A model generated the notes under the pieces. That model did not search any database, was not told where the DNA came from, and saw only the letters and a list, made by a program, of their open reading frames with translations. A stretch of DNA of 64,000 bases from the human T2T-CHM13v2.0 reference genome, Homo sapiens: assembly GCF_009914755.1 (NCBI RefSeq), contig NC_060930.1; one strand, 5' to 3'. Of this stretch, positions 27,561-42,868 are shown piece by piece. Numbering within the stretch: the stretch's first letter is position 1; each line of letters starts with the position of its first letter. Both the position numbers and the translations under genes were made by a program.

Positions 27561-28548
27561 AGAGTAAACTCTGATGACTTTTTGAACTATTTTTATGGAA
27601 AGTAACAATTACAAAAATAGTAAGTTAATGAAATCATAAAGGCCTTCTTTTATCTTCATTATTGGCATTTTCACTAAAGATGTGATTTTAGGAACTGCTT
27701 TAGTAAGAAAGAGAAGATTCGAAGTCCTGAGGGGCAGCATTCCAGAAGTAGGATATGGCCTATGAAGGCTGGAAGGAAGGGCTTGGAATGATCAACAGAT
27801 GTTCTGGACATCTGAGAATCTCCAGACAAGTTAACTGCACACAGCAATCTAGAAGAGAACTTTAACCTGGACATGAATGCGTTAGGAGGCTCCAAGTGAG
27901 CTCTTGGAAGAAGGAAGCCATGATCAATGCCTTATGCAGGAAAGTAACCTGGCCGCCAGCATAAGGAATGAGCAAAGAGAAGGCAGTTTTTGAAGGAAAA
28001 TCCTGAGCTAAGATTAGGAAGTGACTCACTAAGTCACTGACCCCCAGGATCAGAATTATGGGTTTAGAAAGATAAACAACAGGAACTGGTATTTAGGGAG
28101 GGTGGCATCTTTTCAAGGAGGCTTCCTCTGGGAAATTCTCCAAGAGCTTTGAACATCTGAATGTAACGACATCACTTTGTACTGTAGTTATGTATCTGCT
28201 GCTGTCTCCTCTAGAGAGTGTGATGTAGGACATTGGAACTCGCTGAGCTGTTATCTGGAAGCATGCCCAGTGGGGCTGTGGCTGTGAAGATGGAAGTGCC
28301 TTAAGGACTCACAGCTGGAGTTGGGTAGGGTGCGAGTAGACACATGGACGAAGGGTTGCATCAGTGATTATACTTTATCCCTGTGGGGAGCCAAGAAGGA
28401 TTGTTAAAGCAGGAGTATAATATGAACATAATTGCATTTACAAGTACCTCTTGGCCAGAGTCTTGAAGGATAGATAGTAGAAGACTGATGGCAGAGACAC
28501 CAGAAAATAAGTCATTAAAGTCTCGGGTCAGAGGTAAGGCCTGCCTGT

Positions 28549-28903
28549 TGTCTTAGTCCATTTGGTTGCTATAAAAAATACTGTAAACTAGATATTTATA
28601 AGCAATAGAAATTTATTTCTCATAGCTCAGGATCTGGGAAGTCCAACGTTAAGGCACTGTCAGATTCAGTGTCTAGCAAAGACTGCTTTCTGGTTCAAGA
28701 TGGTGCCTTCTATCTGTCTTCACATAGTAGAAATGGTGAGGGATCTGTTTTGGGCCTCTTTTGTAAGGGGACTAATCCCATTCATGAAGGGCTTAATCCT
28801 CATGACCTAATGACCTCCCAAAGGCACTGCTTCCTAACACCATCACATAGGGGTTAAGATTTAAACATGTGAAGTTTGAAGGAACACAATCATTCAGACC
28901 ACT
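28549..28903 (-). mobile_element. MLT1A-like MaLR solo LTR within L2 sequence
   Basis: 'tgtcttagtccattt', 'agaaatttatttctcatag', 'actaatcccattcatga', 'cattcagacca'. Confidence 0.85.
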
Positions 28904-29649
28904 GGGCCTTGGCTAAGAAATTGGTGAGGGGAAGAAGAGTAAGGAATGGATTATAGTGATGCTTTAGAAGATGGAATTCATGGAAACTCACAGCCAATGA
29001 CAGGCCTGGATTCAGATAAAGATGTAAATTTGGTAGAAAAAATCAAAGTGAGTTTTCACCCACTGACCTCTTCTTCTCATTGTATTTTGAAGTAGGAAGC
29101 AAAAGCAGCTGATGAGAATAAGGAGGCTAAAGCTGGACTAGAGGGCTTGAGATTGTGCAGAAGGTTTGGGATGGGAGACGAAATGCATCCAAGTCAACTG
29201 AGAGGAATATCGTGCAGCTCCGATACACCAATGTGGATGGTTTCAGGAGTGAAGCAAGTTGAAGGATGAGTTGATGTAGGTTTGGAGATTTGTTTCTCTA
29301 CAGGAAAAGACAGGGCCTGGCTAAGCAGGTGTTTAGTATTTGTTGAACGAATAAATGCTTGCCTGGACACTGTTGAGAAGGAATTTATTAGGGATATGGT
29401 GCAAGAAAATAAAGATCTAGAAACAAGTAACTAATCTTATTTCCTAAGACATCTTTATCAGAGAAGCCTCATGTGACCCAGAGTAGGTTCAGCGCCACCT
29501 TGTATGCCCCATGGCACTTGGTGCCTTCCGTTCATTGGATTTTGCTTCTCTTTCAATTAGAAGTAGGTTATTCATGACCATTTGCGTGATGTCATCATCC
29601 CCAGGGGTCTGTTATTTCTGTTTTGTTGACATGGTATCCTAAGTGCTGA

Positions 29650-30014
<365 letters not shown>

Positions 30015-30750
30015 CCGACATGTATTTTTATATATTTTGTTACTTGATGGTCTCTTGTAAGGTTTTGTGAATTGCTTTAATTAGTAAGAAAACTGGTAAA
30101 CTAAATGACAAATGGTACTTTATTGGAATATAGTCTCTTTCTGGCTCATAAGGAAGAGAAATTTGTGTAATTACATCAAAATTATATGGATATTACACAG
30201 TGATTAGATAAATAAATATAAAACCGTACAGCTTCAGGGCAACTTACACCTAGCCTCTGTAATAATTACACTTAACCTTGACATTATTTATGGTTTCCTT
30301 TTCCCCCTTATTACACGTTTTATCATACTAAGTGTTTTAAACTGATAATGCTCAAAAGTAGCACATGATGTGTATTATTATAGAAATTAATGCTTGCCTT
30401 AATAACAGATGCTTTCTATTTGGGGTTTGAAATGAAGAAGCAGATATTTTCCTAGAATACATCTGGAAGTGATTTTATTACTAAAACTGAAAAAAAAAAA
30501 CCTTTCAGGTATCAAATGTGTCTGGTCTGTGATACGTCAGATTTCTGAATTCTTACACTTTTATTTCCTATAGAAATCTGAAAGTGTGTTATTAAAAGTT
30601 AAACTGTTCTGTAGATTGTCTACCTAATTTCATAAGGTTTAGTGTAATAGATATGAAATCTATGTCACATCTACTGTGTGGTCTTCATATCTTAGTTATA
30701 TTTAGAATTTTGATCAATAGATTTTGGTAGAACATTATTGAACTTTCTCT

Positions 30751-31020
<270 letters not shown>

Positions 31021-32006
31021 GAACTTTCTCTTTTTTAATGATATTATTTTACATCACAAAATGTGATTTTACTTAACAGCACAAATATGTTCTTCAAAAA
31101 TGAGTCTATCAAACAAAACGTTCATAAATTAAAATCAGAATGAAATATAAATGCAAATTTTGAAAGCTAAATCATTGTTTATATTTTAAAATATTCTATA
31201 TTTCCTCACCTTAAAAATTGGATGCTATTCACAAATATTCCTGAAGAATATTTTTGTTCAGCTAACATCAAACTGTGGATTACTTACATAGTGAGTTACA
31301 CACTACCTATCTTTTCCTCTGCCAAGCTGTATTCCAGACTGCCATAATTAATTAAGTAGGTGAATGAATCTCTGATGGGTTGTATGTCTGTTTCTATACT
31401 CCTCAGAAAGTTTCTCTCTTCCACTGTGTTAGAACACCAAATAAATTGGGTCTCTATCACTTCTCCAGGTTATTATGAAAGTAAACATCTGGTTTTACCT
31501 TCAGAAAATAGCATTGGTTGTTCAAAATTAAAGATATGCATGTGTACATTAGCCTAAAATTTATTTTATGAAATTATAATGGGATTGTTATATAACTCCT
31601 TCTGCAAGAATATTGTCAAACAAAAAAATCTGTATCTGTCTTTCTCACTGAAATATTGTGAGAGTTAATGAGACATTTGTGGCTAGATCGTGCAATCCTT
31701 TCAGGAATCTCAAAGCAAGAACAAAACAGCATTTCCTTTTGAAAGGCATATGTTTTACTGTCAAACCAAACTTAAAGCAGTAGGAATGATACACATTTCT
31801 GAGTTAACTTCCTGCTTTCTTGGACGTGTCAAAATTACTGATGTTCCAGCGTGACAGAAGCCTAGTAATGAAGGAACCATGTAGGTGGAAAAAAATTATT
31901 ACCCGACTTGCAATCAAATAATAGAACATAGGTATATAATATTCAAAGAAAAGAAAGTGAGAGGCTGAAGTCATGCATAAAGCAAAATCTTCACAGCAAA
32001 TTGATG

Positions 32007-32340
<334 letters not shown>

Positions 32341-32509
32341 TTACTTTTTCCCTAATTTTAAGTTAGACACTAATAGAGGTCCGGTAACTAATTGTATTCA
32401 CTTATGTAGTACTTGGTATAGATTTTCATCTTAGGAATGTCAAAATAATGGTACTTACTGCTGACTGCTGTTTATTACTGCTCAGGTTCAAGACAGAAAA
32501 CGGAGAGTT

Positions 32510-33240
32510 ACTTCTATTTCCTCCATTTCACCTCATCCTCCCGTTTCAAGGGATTGGTGAGAACCTTTGATGTTATCATCTCCAAACATACATCAAATTC
32601 CTGCCCTCTCTCTCTCCTGTCCACTGCTACCCCATCATCTCTTCTGTCCATTGCTACCCCATCATCTCTTGCCTGAAATACTGCAACCAACCCCCTTGTC
32701 GCTCCACTGTCTCTCTTGCCACCCACCTCCCCCCACTATTCCATAGCCACAAGAAGCAAAAATGACCTTCAAATGTCACTCAGATTGTATCACTCCACTG
32801 CAAGGACTTACCATTGCACTTATTTTAAAACCCTAATCTCTCTTCCTGGCCCCTGTCTGCCCCTTGCTCCCAAGTTCTGTCCATTTTGATATTCTTTCCT
32901 TTCCTTAAAACCCTGACTGTTTCCTCCTGGAGGGCCTCGGCATGGTGTGGTTTGCTCTTTCCCGTGACTTAGGTCTCAGCTTAAATGTCACTATCTTCAA
33001 GACGTTCTACTTGACTCCTTTTGTAAAGTTGGCTGAGACCATTTCCCTCCCTGCTTTATCCTCTCAGTTGTAATTTATTATGATGAGTGTTATTCATGTA
33101 GCAGAAAGTATCTCCTTTCATGCATTTGCCGCCAATTGCCACTGTTTATCTGCATGTTTGTTGCATGTGAGCTCTCTGAGCACAGGAAGCTGGCTTACAC
33201 ACAGCACCTTGGAGTAAATGAATGAATGGTCGAATGAAAA
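32510..33240 (+). mobile_element. L2 fragment containing a 27-bp tandem duplication (32617-32670)
   Basis: 'tctcagcttaaatgtcac', terminal 'aaatgaatgaatg'; ctgtcca(c/t)tgctaccccatcatctctt x2. Confidence 0.7.
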
Positions 33241-35029
33241 GTGCTGATAGGCCGGGTGCAGTAGAGGTTCATGCCTAGCACATTTCTATAAAATCAGTTG
33301 GACGTGAAGTTTGACAGTGGCTTTTTCACTGTGTCTGCTGCCATGACATGCAAATAGTGCCTTCTCATGTGAGTTGCATTGTTGGTGAAATGGGCCTCAG
33401 TTTCTTCACCTGAAGCAAAAGAAATGAGAGCAGATAATCACCAAAATTCCAGCTCTAAAATCCCCCAGGCTGTGCAGATGCCACCTATCCCCAGAAATGG
33501 CTTGAAATGCCACGTGGAGCTAAGGAGTCTCTTCCTGAAGGAAAGAATGAGCACAGTCTGAGGAGGGTGTCTGGGGAGCGCATCGATTTCGGAGCTGCTG
33601 TGGGAATATACTTAGGTTCTCCCGGAGAGCTCATCTTGCAGAAGCTGACTGCATTGAATGTGCCGGGGACCACCTGGTCCCCCTCTTCTCGTTTGGCAAG
33701 AATCCCGGCTATCGATGAAGAAACCAGCTGCTTTCCTATGTAGTGAACAAGCACAATAATGTTTATACAGTTTCCCAACCTCTCTTCCCCCACCCACTTT
33801 CACCCTTCCTCACCCAAGAATAATCGTGCCAAATAGATATCAGATTAAGAAAATGCTTCTCATTAGTTGTCTGCTCAAAACAACTTTGGAAGCAATCCTA
33901 GAACATCCCGTTGTATCTTCACAGCCCTTTATCTCTTGAAAGTTGTTGAGAGAGCTAAATTAAAGTTGCCTACCATTAATCCTTGCTCTCAACACTGTAA
34001 ATCAAAGGAATGAAATACTTCTCATCACAATTCAGATCCCAAACAGGTAAAAATTACAACATAAAGCAAAATCTAATACTGGCATTGCCCCGTCACCTGA
34101 GCCACGTATCCTGACTGAAGTAATCAGCAAGGGGCAGGCTTGTACTGCAACTCAACAATTGTTTCAGTGGCCATGGGTTGTGTAAATACATTCCATTTTT
34201 AACGTCCCCATACTAAAAACGAGATGTGGTCATCTTCACTTGGTTCTTAAAACGGATAGGTTAGATCCAGTCTCCACGGCTGTTTTGCAATTTCACGTTA
34301 TAGTGACAGCTTCCATAATACAAATTCAGATTGTAAAGACTGACCTCTCTTCACTGTCACAGAGCATTCTGGGTGAAGGCTTTTTATCTGCAAGTTGCAC
34401 TTGACAAGCGTTTTAGAGAGGGAAGGTAGCAAAATAAAGAATCAGACAATGAGTCAAAGGAGCTAAGCTCTGTTCCGAGAGGCCCTGATATTGATTTGTG
34501 GAGCCTTGTGTCATTTTCTGTATCTGGGCTCCAGTTCTTCCATTTACAAAATATGGATCATGGACCATATTGTCAACCTGTGTAATCCAGGAAGTCAGTT
34601 TTTATAGATATAGAGCCAGCACTGATCAAATGTGTCAGCCTCTTACAACCACAGCGGCATTATGAAGATCTGTAAGTGAGCACTTACGGAGCTTCCTAAA
34701 CACCTTGGGAGGAAACCAGTCAGTGTCTGAACACAAAGAATTTATCTACAACATAAAACAAAAACCACTGCAGAGTCAGAGATCCCAGTGCCCTCATCAT
34801 CGCCTCTTCTAGGATTACACAGTCACGGAACGTGTGCATCCGCCTCCAGAATCGCTCCCCAAATTCCATGGGGTAAATATTTTACTAGAAAATGTGAGTC
34901 AAAAGGAAAGCAACCTGTCTCTAAAGTAAATCTTATGGAATAAGGTTTTTAATATTGTGAAAAACACAAACTAACCATTCTTTCCTAACAAATACCCCTA
35001 GGGATGGGGGAAGCACAAGGATCTCTGCG

Positions 35030-35290
35030 ATCAAGCCCTGCCGGGCCGCAGCTTTCATTAGGTTGCAGAGGCAGCTCTTCCTTTCCCTGAGTGTTCCTGC
35101 ATCCTTGAGGCCCCTATAAAGAGGACTCAGCGTCTGTTTGGCGCCGCCTGTTCTCCTCCTTCCTTGTGTCTCTTCGTCCACTCTGTCACCACGGCGCTCG
35201 CAGTTTTCTCAGGAGACACCTGGATCTCAGGCTCTAAGGCCTGTCTCACTCTGTGACGCATGTGGTCATGAGCGCTCTGACCTCCGCATG
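35030..35290 (+). promoter_or_regulatory. Candidate TATA-containing promoter/enhancer patch
   Basis: TATAAAG at 35115-35121 inside a locally GC/CpG-enriched non-repeat stretch; TGAGTCA AP-1 motifs at ~34450 and ~34895. Confidence 0.25.
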
Positions 35291-37924
35291 AGGATGGTCA
35301 GATGGCAGAGGGCAGAACACTGGGTCAGAGATCTGAAACCCAGCATGCAGCCCTACCTCTGCCTGTCACAGGTTTTAAGACTTTGGCGAGTCTCAAATCT
35401 TCAAGACCTGGCTTCCCTTATCTATAAGACAAAGAGATCGGCTTGAGTGATGTTTGAGATGTTTTCCACCCTGCAGTGATTCATTATAAAATAATAGACA
35501 TCCTCTGACTCCTATGGACCAGTCAAGGATCGAAGCTTCTTAAGGCCAGTTATTCCTCTGCCATCTGACTCGCACATGTAGCAGTCTCTAAAGATTGCCT
35601 ACTTCAGTCATCTGATTGCGTCTGTTTCACAGATTCTTCTGGAATTTTTCTTCTTTCAGTTGGCTTTTTTTTATCGTGGTCAAAACCCCCATAGTCGACT
35701 ATGATCTAAATAAGCAGTGCCCTCTCTATTAAGAACAGTGTTGAATTACCTATTCTTGCAACCACATTGACCGAGCTTCATCTCTGTTATAAATCATAAC
35801 CTGAACAGACAATCTCAGTGCATCCCGGCACCTGCAGATTGGATATATCAGTAGAAGTTCCCTCATCCCCCAGTTCCACATGCACAGCACTCATTGAAGT
35901 GAAAGCATGAGTCTCCCATATTGAAAGACGAGAAGATCCCATAACACATCTGTGAATCTGGACATCTCAAGCTGCCTTTCAATGGATTTTAGACTGTGAT
36001 CATACGGAGGGCTGAAGAATTGTCTGCTCTACGTCTTCCACAGTGTACTGGTCTTGTATGTCTAACACCCTATAAGAGTAAACAATGTGCTCTGATAGAT
36101 GAGAATTCTAAAAAAATGATATCTTCTATAATGATTCTTTAGATTTAAATGTTCATTATGGCATTTAGGAATCCCTGTTATAAAGCAGGTTTTAAAAATG
36201 TTTTATCCACCATGTCATACTTTTGAAGAAGCTATGATCTCAGGAATAAGAGATAGGTTACAAGAGTTCTCTATCATGGAGAAACTTACTTTTAAAACTG
36301 TAACATCAGTAAAGAAAAAAATGTAGAACATGGACAACTAAGCTTTGTTCCTAGTACGGTAAAGTGATGCTGATGTTGGTGATTGCTATGGATTTTGAGT
36401 GGGACTTAGTTGAAACACAGCATAAGTCCAACATCAGTCCTCAACTTGGCCCCAGCACTGACCAGTCATGAGGCAGCAGAGGAGTCACTGCCCCTCTCTG
36501 GCCTCAGTCCCTTGTCTGTAAAATTAGTAAAAGGCGGTTTGCCCTAACCAGTTCACACTGCTGACTTGAAAGCCAGACGATGTGAAAGTCTGTTGCAAGT
36601 GTAATGCGATCTTTCCATCTAATGCGAGGCCTGGCTCCATTTCATGCATGATCACCTTCAGCTGTGACTGCAGCCCTTGCTGGTAGGACCTCTCTCAGGG
36701 ACTCCCACTCACCCCTAACCTTTAGCACTGAATGTCAGGTTGGTGACTCCCACTCTTGCTCTGTAGCAAGCAAGGCAATTCTTTTACTTAAATGTCATTT
36801 TGTCTTTAAAGTTCTAAGTCTTCTTTTTTGAGATTCCCTTCTACCAGTTTTTTCTCCCCAAATTAGATATTCCACAATTTTCAACCTTTTTTGAGCTTAT
36901 TCAGCATATTTATGTTGTACTAAGTCATTGTTTCAATAAAGAAGAACTAAAAAAGTGCTAGAAATAAATTGTCCTGCTTTGCATAAAACCTTAAGAGTAG
37001 TGTGTGTGTATGTGTGTGTGTGTGTATGCGTGCGCACGCTATTACAGAGATAGATCTTTTGCAGAATAATAAAAATAACTATGGGGGTCCTATTATTTAG
37101 ACAGAAGGGGTTAAATGAACCCTACAAGCTTCTTACTGTCAGGAGAGAATAGATTTCAGAAAAAATAAAGACAAGGAAACAAGCCCCAAAGCTATAAATT
37201 TACCCACAGTGTTTAAACACTCCTTTGTGATTATTTTCTAAATTTTCTCAGGTACCCTTTTTCATTTGAAATGTTAATGGAAAGTTCTGGAGAAGAATTT
37301 ATTGCAAGTAACGTAATAATTATAAAATAGAAGAAAAGGGCCCTGCTGACTTGCCAGAGCTTGAAGCAAAAGAGAAAGTTGCCTGCATTGACGGGGCTCG
37401 CTCAAGTATTTCAGTTTCAACACAGCTGTCCTTTCTCATTGCAGATGGAGGGCGGCTGCCACCATATGCCACCTCTGTAATAAACAAAAGTAGTGCAACA
37501 ATATAATTAATAGCAAGCCATTTTCATTTTTAAAATTCCAAAAAGGAATATGCTTTTCACGAAAATTCAAGATGTAATGCCCAAGTAAATTGGGCAAAAT
37601 ACAGCAATGTATCAATGAGATTCCACTTTAAGAAAGCCAATATACAAAATATTGTACTTGAAAGTTAACATTACTGTCATCACAAATTACTTGCTTATAT
37701 TTCTTTATAGTACTTTAAGAATTGTAGTCTCACCTACTTCATTCAAAATGACTCATCCTGTAACCAGTCTTTTCCTGGGATCTGTTGTATCTCCATTATA
37801 TACCACTGAAAATATTTACTAAATAGGTTCCCCAAATAAAAATATGATTTGTTACATAGAATTTTCTGCCTTTTTCCTGTTTCCTATTGACATGCATTGT
37901 TTCCTTAAATAATGATGATGATAT

Positions 37925-38140
37925 TAATAATTGCTAACACATATCATGCTTAGTGTATTGTTAAGAGCTTTATATTTAATCATGAATAATCTTATCCGGG
38001 AGATATTATTATCTCCACGTTACAGATGATAAAACTGAATCATAGAAAGATTCGTCACTTGCCTTTCTTATAACTCGTTAGTGATGAGTGGGGCTTGAAC
38101 CTGGCAATCCTTCTCCAAATCCGTGGTCTGAGTCACTGTC
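37925..38140 (-). mobile_element. MIR
   Basis: 'attattatctccacgttacagatgataaaactga', 'ttgaacctggca'. Confidence 0.8.
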
Positions 38141-39004
38141 CTGTGAATTAGGGCTCAGTAGCAATGGCTCTTTTGCCACGGCTTGCTATGATTGACTCTT
38201 ACAGCAGTGAGCTCTCTCTACAGTACTCAAGATCTGACTGTGGTACTCCATCTGACTTTTCTGACTTTTGCTGAGAACTTTATGGAAAATATGTGAATGT
38301 GGAGGAATTTCAAGAGAATCCCTGCAATAATCTGAGCTTGTTTTGTTGTGTTCTCTCTGCCTTCTTGTCTGGACAATGCCTACCAAGGTATCCAGACAGG
38401 AAGTCCATGTTGGCTGAGAGGCTGAAAATACATAAGCCAATAGATGGTAACTCAAGCTGTGCAAGGGACCCAGCCACCGTCATGTAAATTGCTACCATGA
38501 TCTAAGCTTAATTATCATAGACAGTACTAATTAAAAGACAATATTGTAAATATAAACTGGCCCTGATATATGGCAAATGATTAGTATGTATTACAACTTG
38601 CTAAATCAAAAACATGTCTTAAAATACAAGATAGTATTGCAATAAGTACTAGAGAATGCGACAAGAAAATTAATCATCTGCTCTTTACCACAAATTCCTT
38701 GTACAGGATATCTGCTCTTTGTGTTTTGTTTCACACTTTAATGCAATAAAGTGTTTACAAAGCATAAAGCACTCTGTTCATTTGTCATGTTTTACTTTAG
38801 CTTTTCCATTTTTTTCTCTCTACAACACTTTTCACTGAAGATAAGTTTGCTGACATATGGCATAATCATTTTTTCTCTTAGTTACCCAATTCTGCTTCAC
38901 AACTTTAATTTTTATATCTATTCGAAATTAGTTTTAATTACCTCAACACTTTAAATTGATTTAGCTCTGGTTTTAGAAAAAAATTCAAATAAAATCTTTA
39001 GCAG

Positions 39005-39110
39005 GTCCTTCTTCTCTCCCTCCCTCCCTTCTTCTCTCCCTTTTCTCCCTTTTTCCTTCTTGCCTTCATTCCTCCCTTCCTCCCTCTCTCCCTCCCTCCC
39101 TTCCTTCCAC
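39005..39110. repeat. CT-rich (CCTT/CCCT) simple repeat at an L2 end
   Basis: Directly visible; followed by L2-like 'aaatactgttcaag'. Confidence 0.8.
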
Positions 39111-39999
39111 AAATACTGTTCAAGTCCTACCATACCGAGTACTGCACTGTAAATACAAAGATGAAAAGTTACAAACCTGCCCCCTCGGAATTTGCACATC
39201 CAGTGAGGCGATTGACAGAATGTGCTGGAAAGGGCTGGGTGTGAGACGGGATTTGAGACAAGAGCAGAAATTCATGGAGGTGGGCAGGGCAGGGAAGGCT
39301 TAGCAAAAACAAACAAACACGAAGATGAACAGAATAAAGTGTATGTTTGAGAAATCCTGAAACCCGGAGGCCGTGAGTAGTGAGAAATGGAAGCAAGAGA
39401 CACCAGACAAGGCGAAAAGGGATGTTTGGCTCCAGAATAACAGAGGCACTGAGTAGCGTGTTTTAAAACTTAAATTGTAAGTTTGAGATTTAAATAGAGA
39501 AGGAAAACGATTTTGAGTTTTGACAAAATAACTTTGGAAACCATTCAAAGAGTGGACTGCAGCTGAATGATGCTGGCAGGTGTGGAACAGTCTAGCCATT
39601 ATGAGGGCCGAACGAAGTGACCCTATCATGGATGGAAAGGTGGGAGGGAGATAGAAATCTTTAACTAACAGGACTGGATAAAGGACTGGAGTTGAGGGGG
39701 GAAGAAAGGTAGTTGCTGATACCCTCCAGGTTCTTATAATGAATGAGTTGGAGGCAGTGCTGTCAAGAGACACAGGAGGAACAGCAGGCTGTACAGAAAG
39801 ATAATAAGATAACTCTGGTGTATAGATGTAGAGATGGAACAGCAGTGTGGTATCCAGATTAAGTATTCAAGTCATAGCCACTGAAATTTGGAACGAGGTA
39901 CATATGCCTGGTTTCATTTTTATCGTTTAACTTCTTTTAGAGAATCTAACTAATGTAATAAATATCTATAAAACAATATTTTCTTATAGAAATATACTA

Positions 40000-41900
<1,901 letters not shown>

Positions 41901-42464
41901 ATTCTTGCCCTTCTAAAAAAAACTGTAGAAACTCCAGACAAAGAGAAGTCTAGAAATGACATTCTCCAGAGTTGAAGGAAAATAGTGATTATAATAGAGC
42001 ATGACAAATTAAACACAGACTATATTATTTAATAAGAAAAGAAAAATAATAAAAATTTAAACCCACCAAATAATGAAATGCTTTGTTGAACTAAGCAATT
42101 TCCTCTAGAACATTGATTTTTAACATTTTTAAGGGTGACTCATCCTTAGAAGAATTGGATGAAACACTTTTCCCGGATAAAGGTAGCTGAGTTCTCAAAT
42201 CCATAAATTGCATAGAATTGTATAGGTTTGCTGAATCCCTGTTCTCCAGTCTCCTAGTTAATTATTTAATTAAAAGCAATTGTAAATAAGTGCAAAACAT
42301 ATATTCGTTATATAGGTCCTCTTCTCATTGTTTTGATAATAACCTGTCTTTATAATGACCTGCTTTCTTAGGACGAATATGTTTATTTCAGAATTAAAGC
42401 TTTAAAGCTAATTCAACCCCACTTTGCCAGTCCAAGATGCCTTTACTCTTCTGTTAAGCTTGCC

Positions 42465-42868
42465 ACTCCCTTCCTCCTGGGGTGAGGTGACATCTCACTG
42501 TGGTTTTGACTTGCATTTCCCTGATTATTAGACATGTTGAGCATTTTTTCATCTACCTGATGGCCATTTGTATGTCTTCTTCTCTGAAGAAGTCTATTTG
42601 GATCTTTTGCCCATTTCTTTATTGGATTATTTTTCTTGCACTGCGTTGAGTTCATTTATATTCTGGATATTAACTCCTTGTCAGATGCATCATTTGTACA
42701 TATTTTCTCTCATTCTGTAGGTTGTCTCTTCACTTTGTTGAGTGTCTTCTTGGCTGTGCAGAAGAAGCTTTTCAGTTCAATGTAATCTCATTTGTCTACT
42801 TTCGCTTTTGTTGTGTGTATCTTGGAGATCTTATCCAAAAAATCCTTGTCCAGACCATGTTGTGAAGC
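42465..42868 (-). mobile_element. L1M ORF2 fragment
   Basis: Translates to [15 protein letters not shown]. Confidence 0.85.

Noticed and set aside
37320-37510. Protein-like open frame (KIEEKGPADLPELEAKEK...) and acceptor-like cattgcag
   Set aside because: No start codon, no matching donor and no recognised homologue
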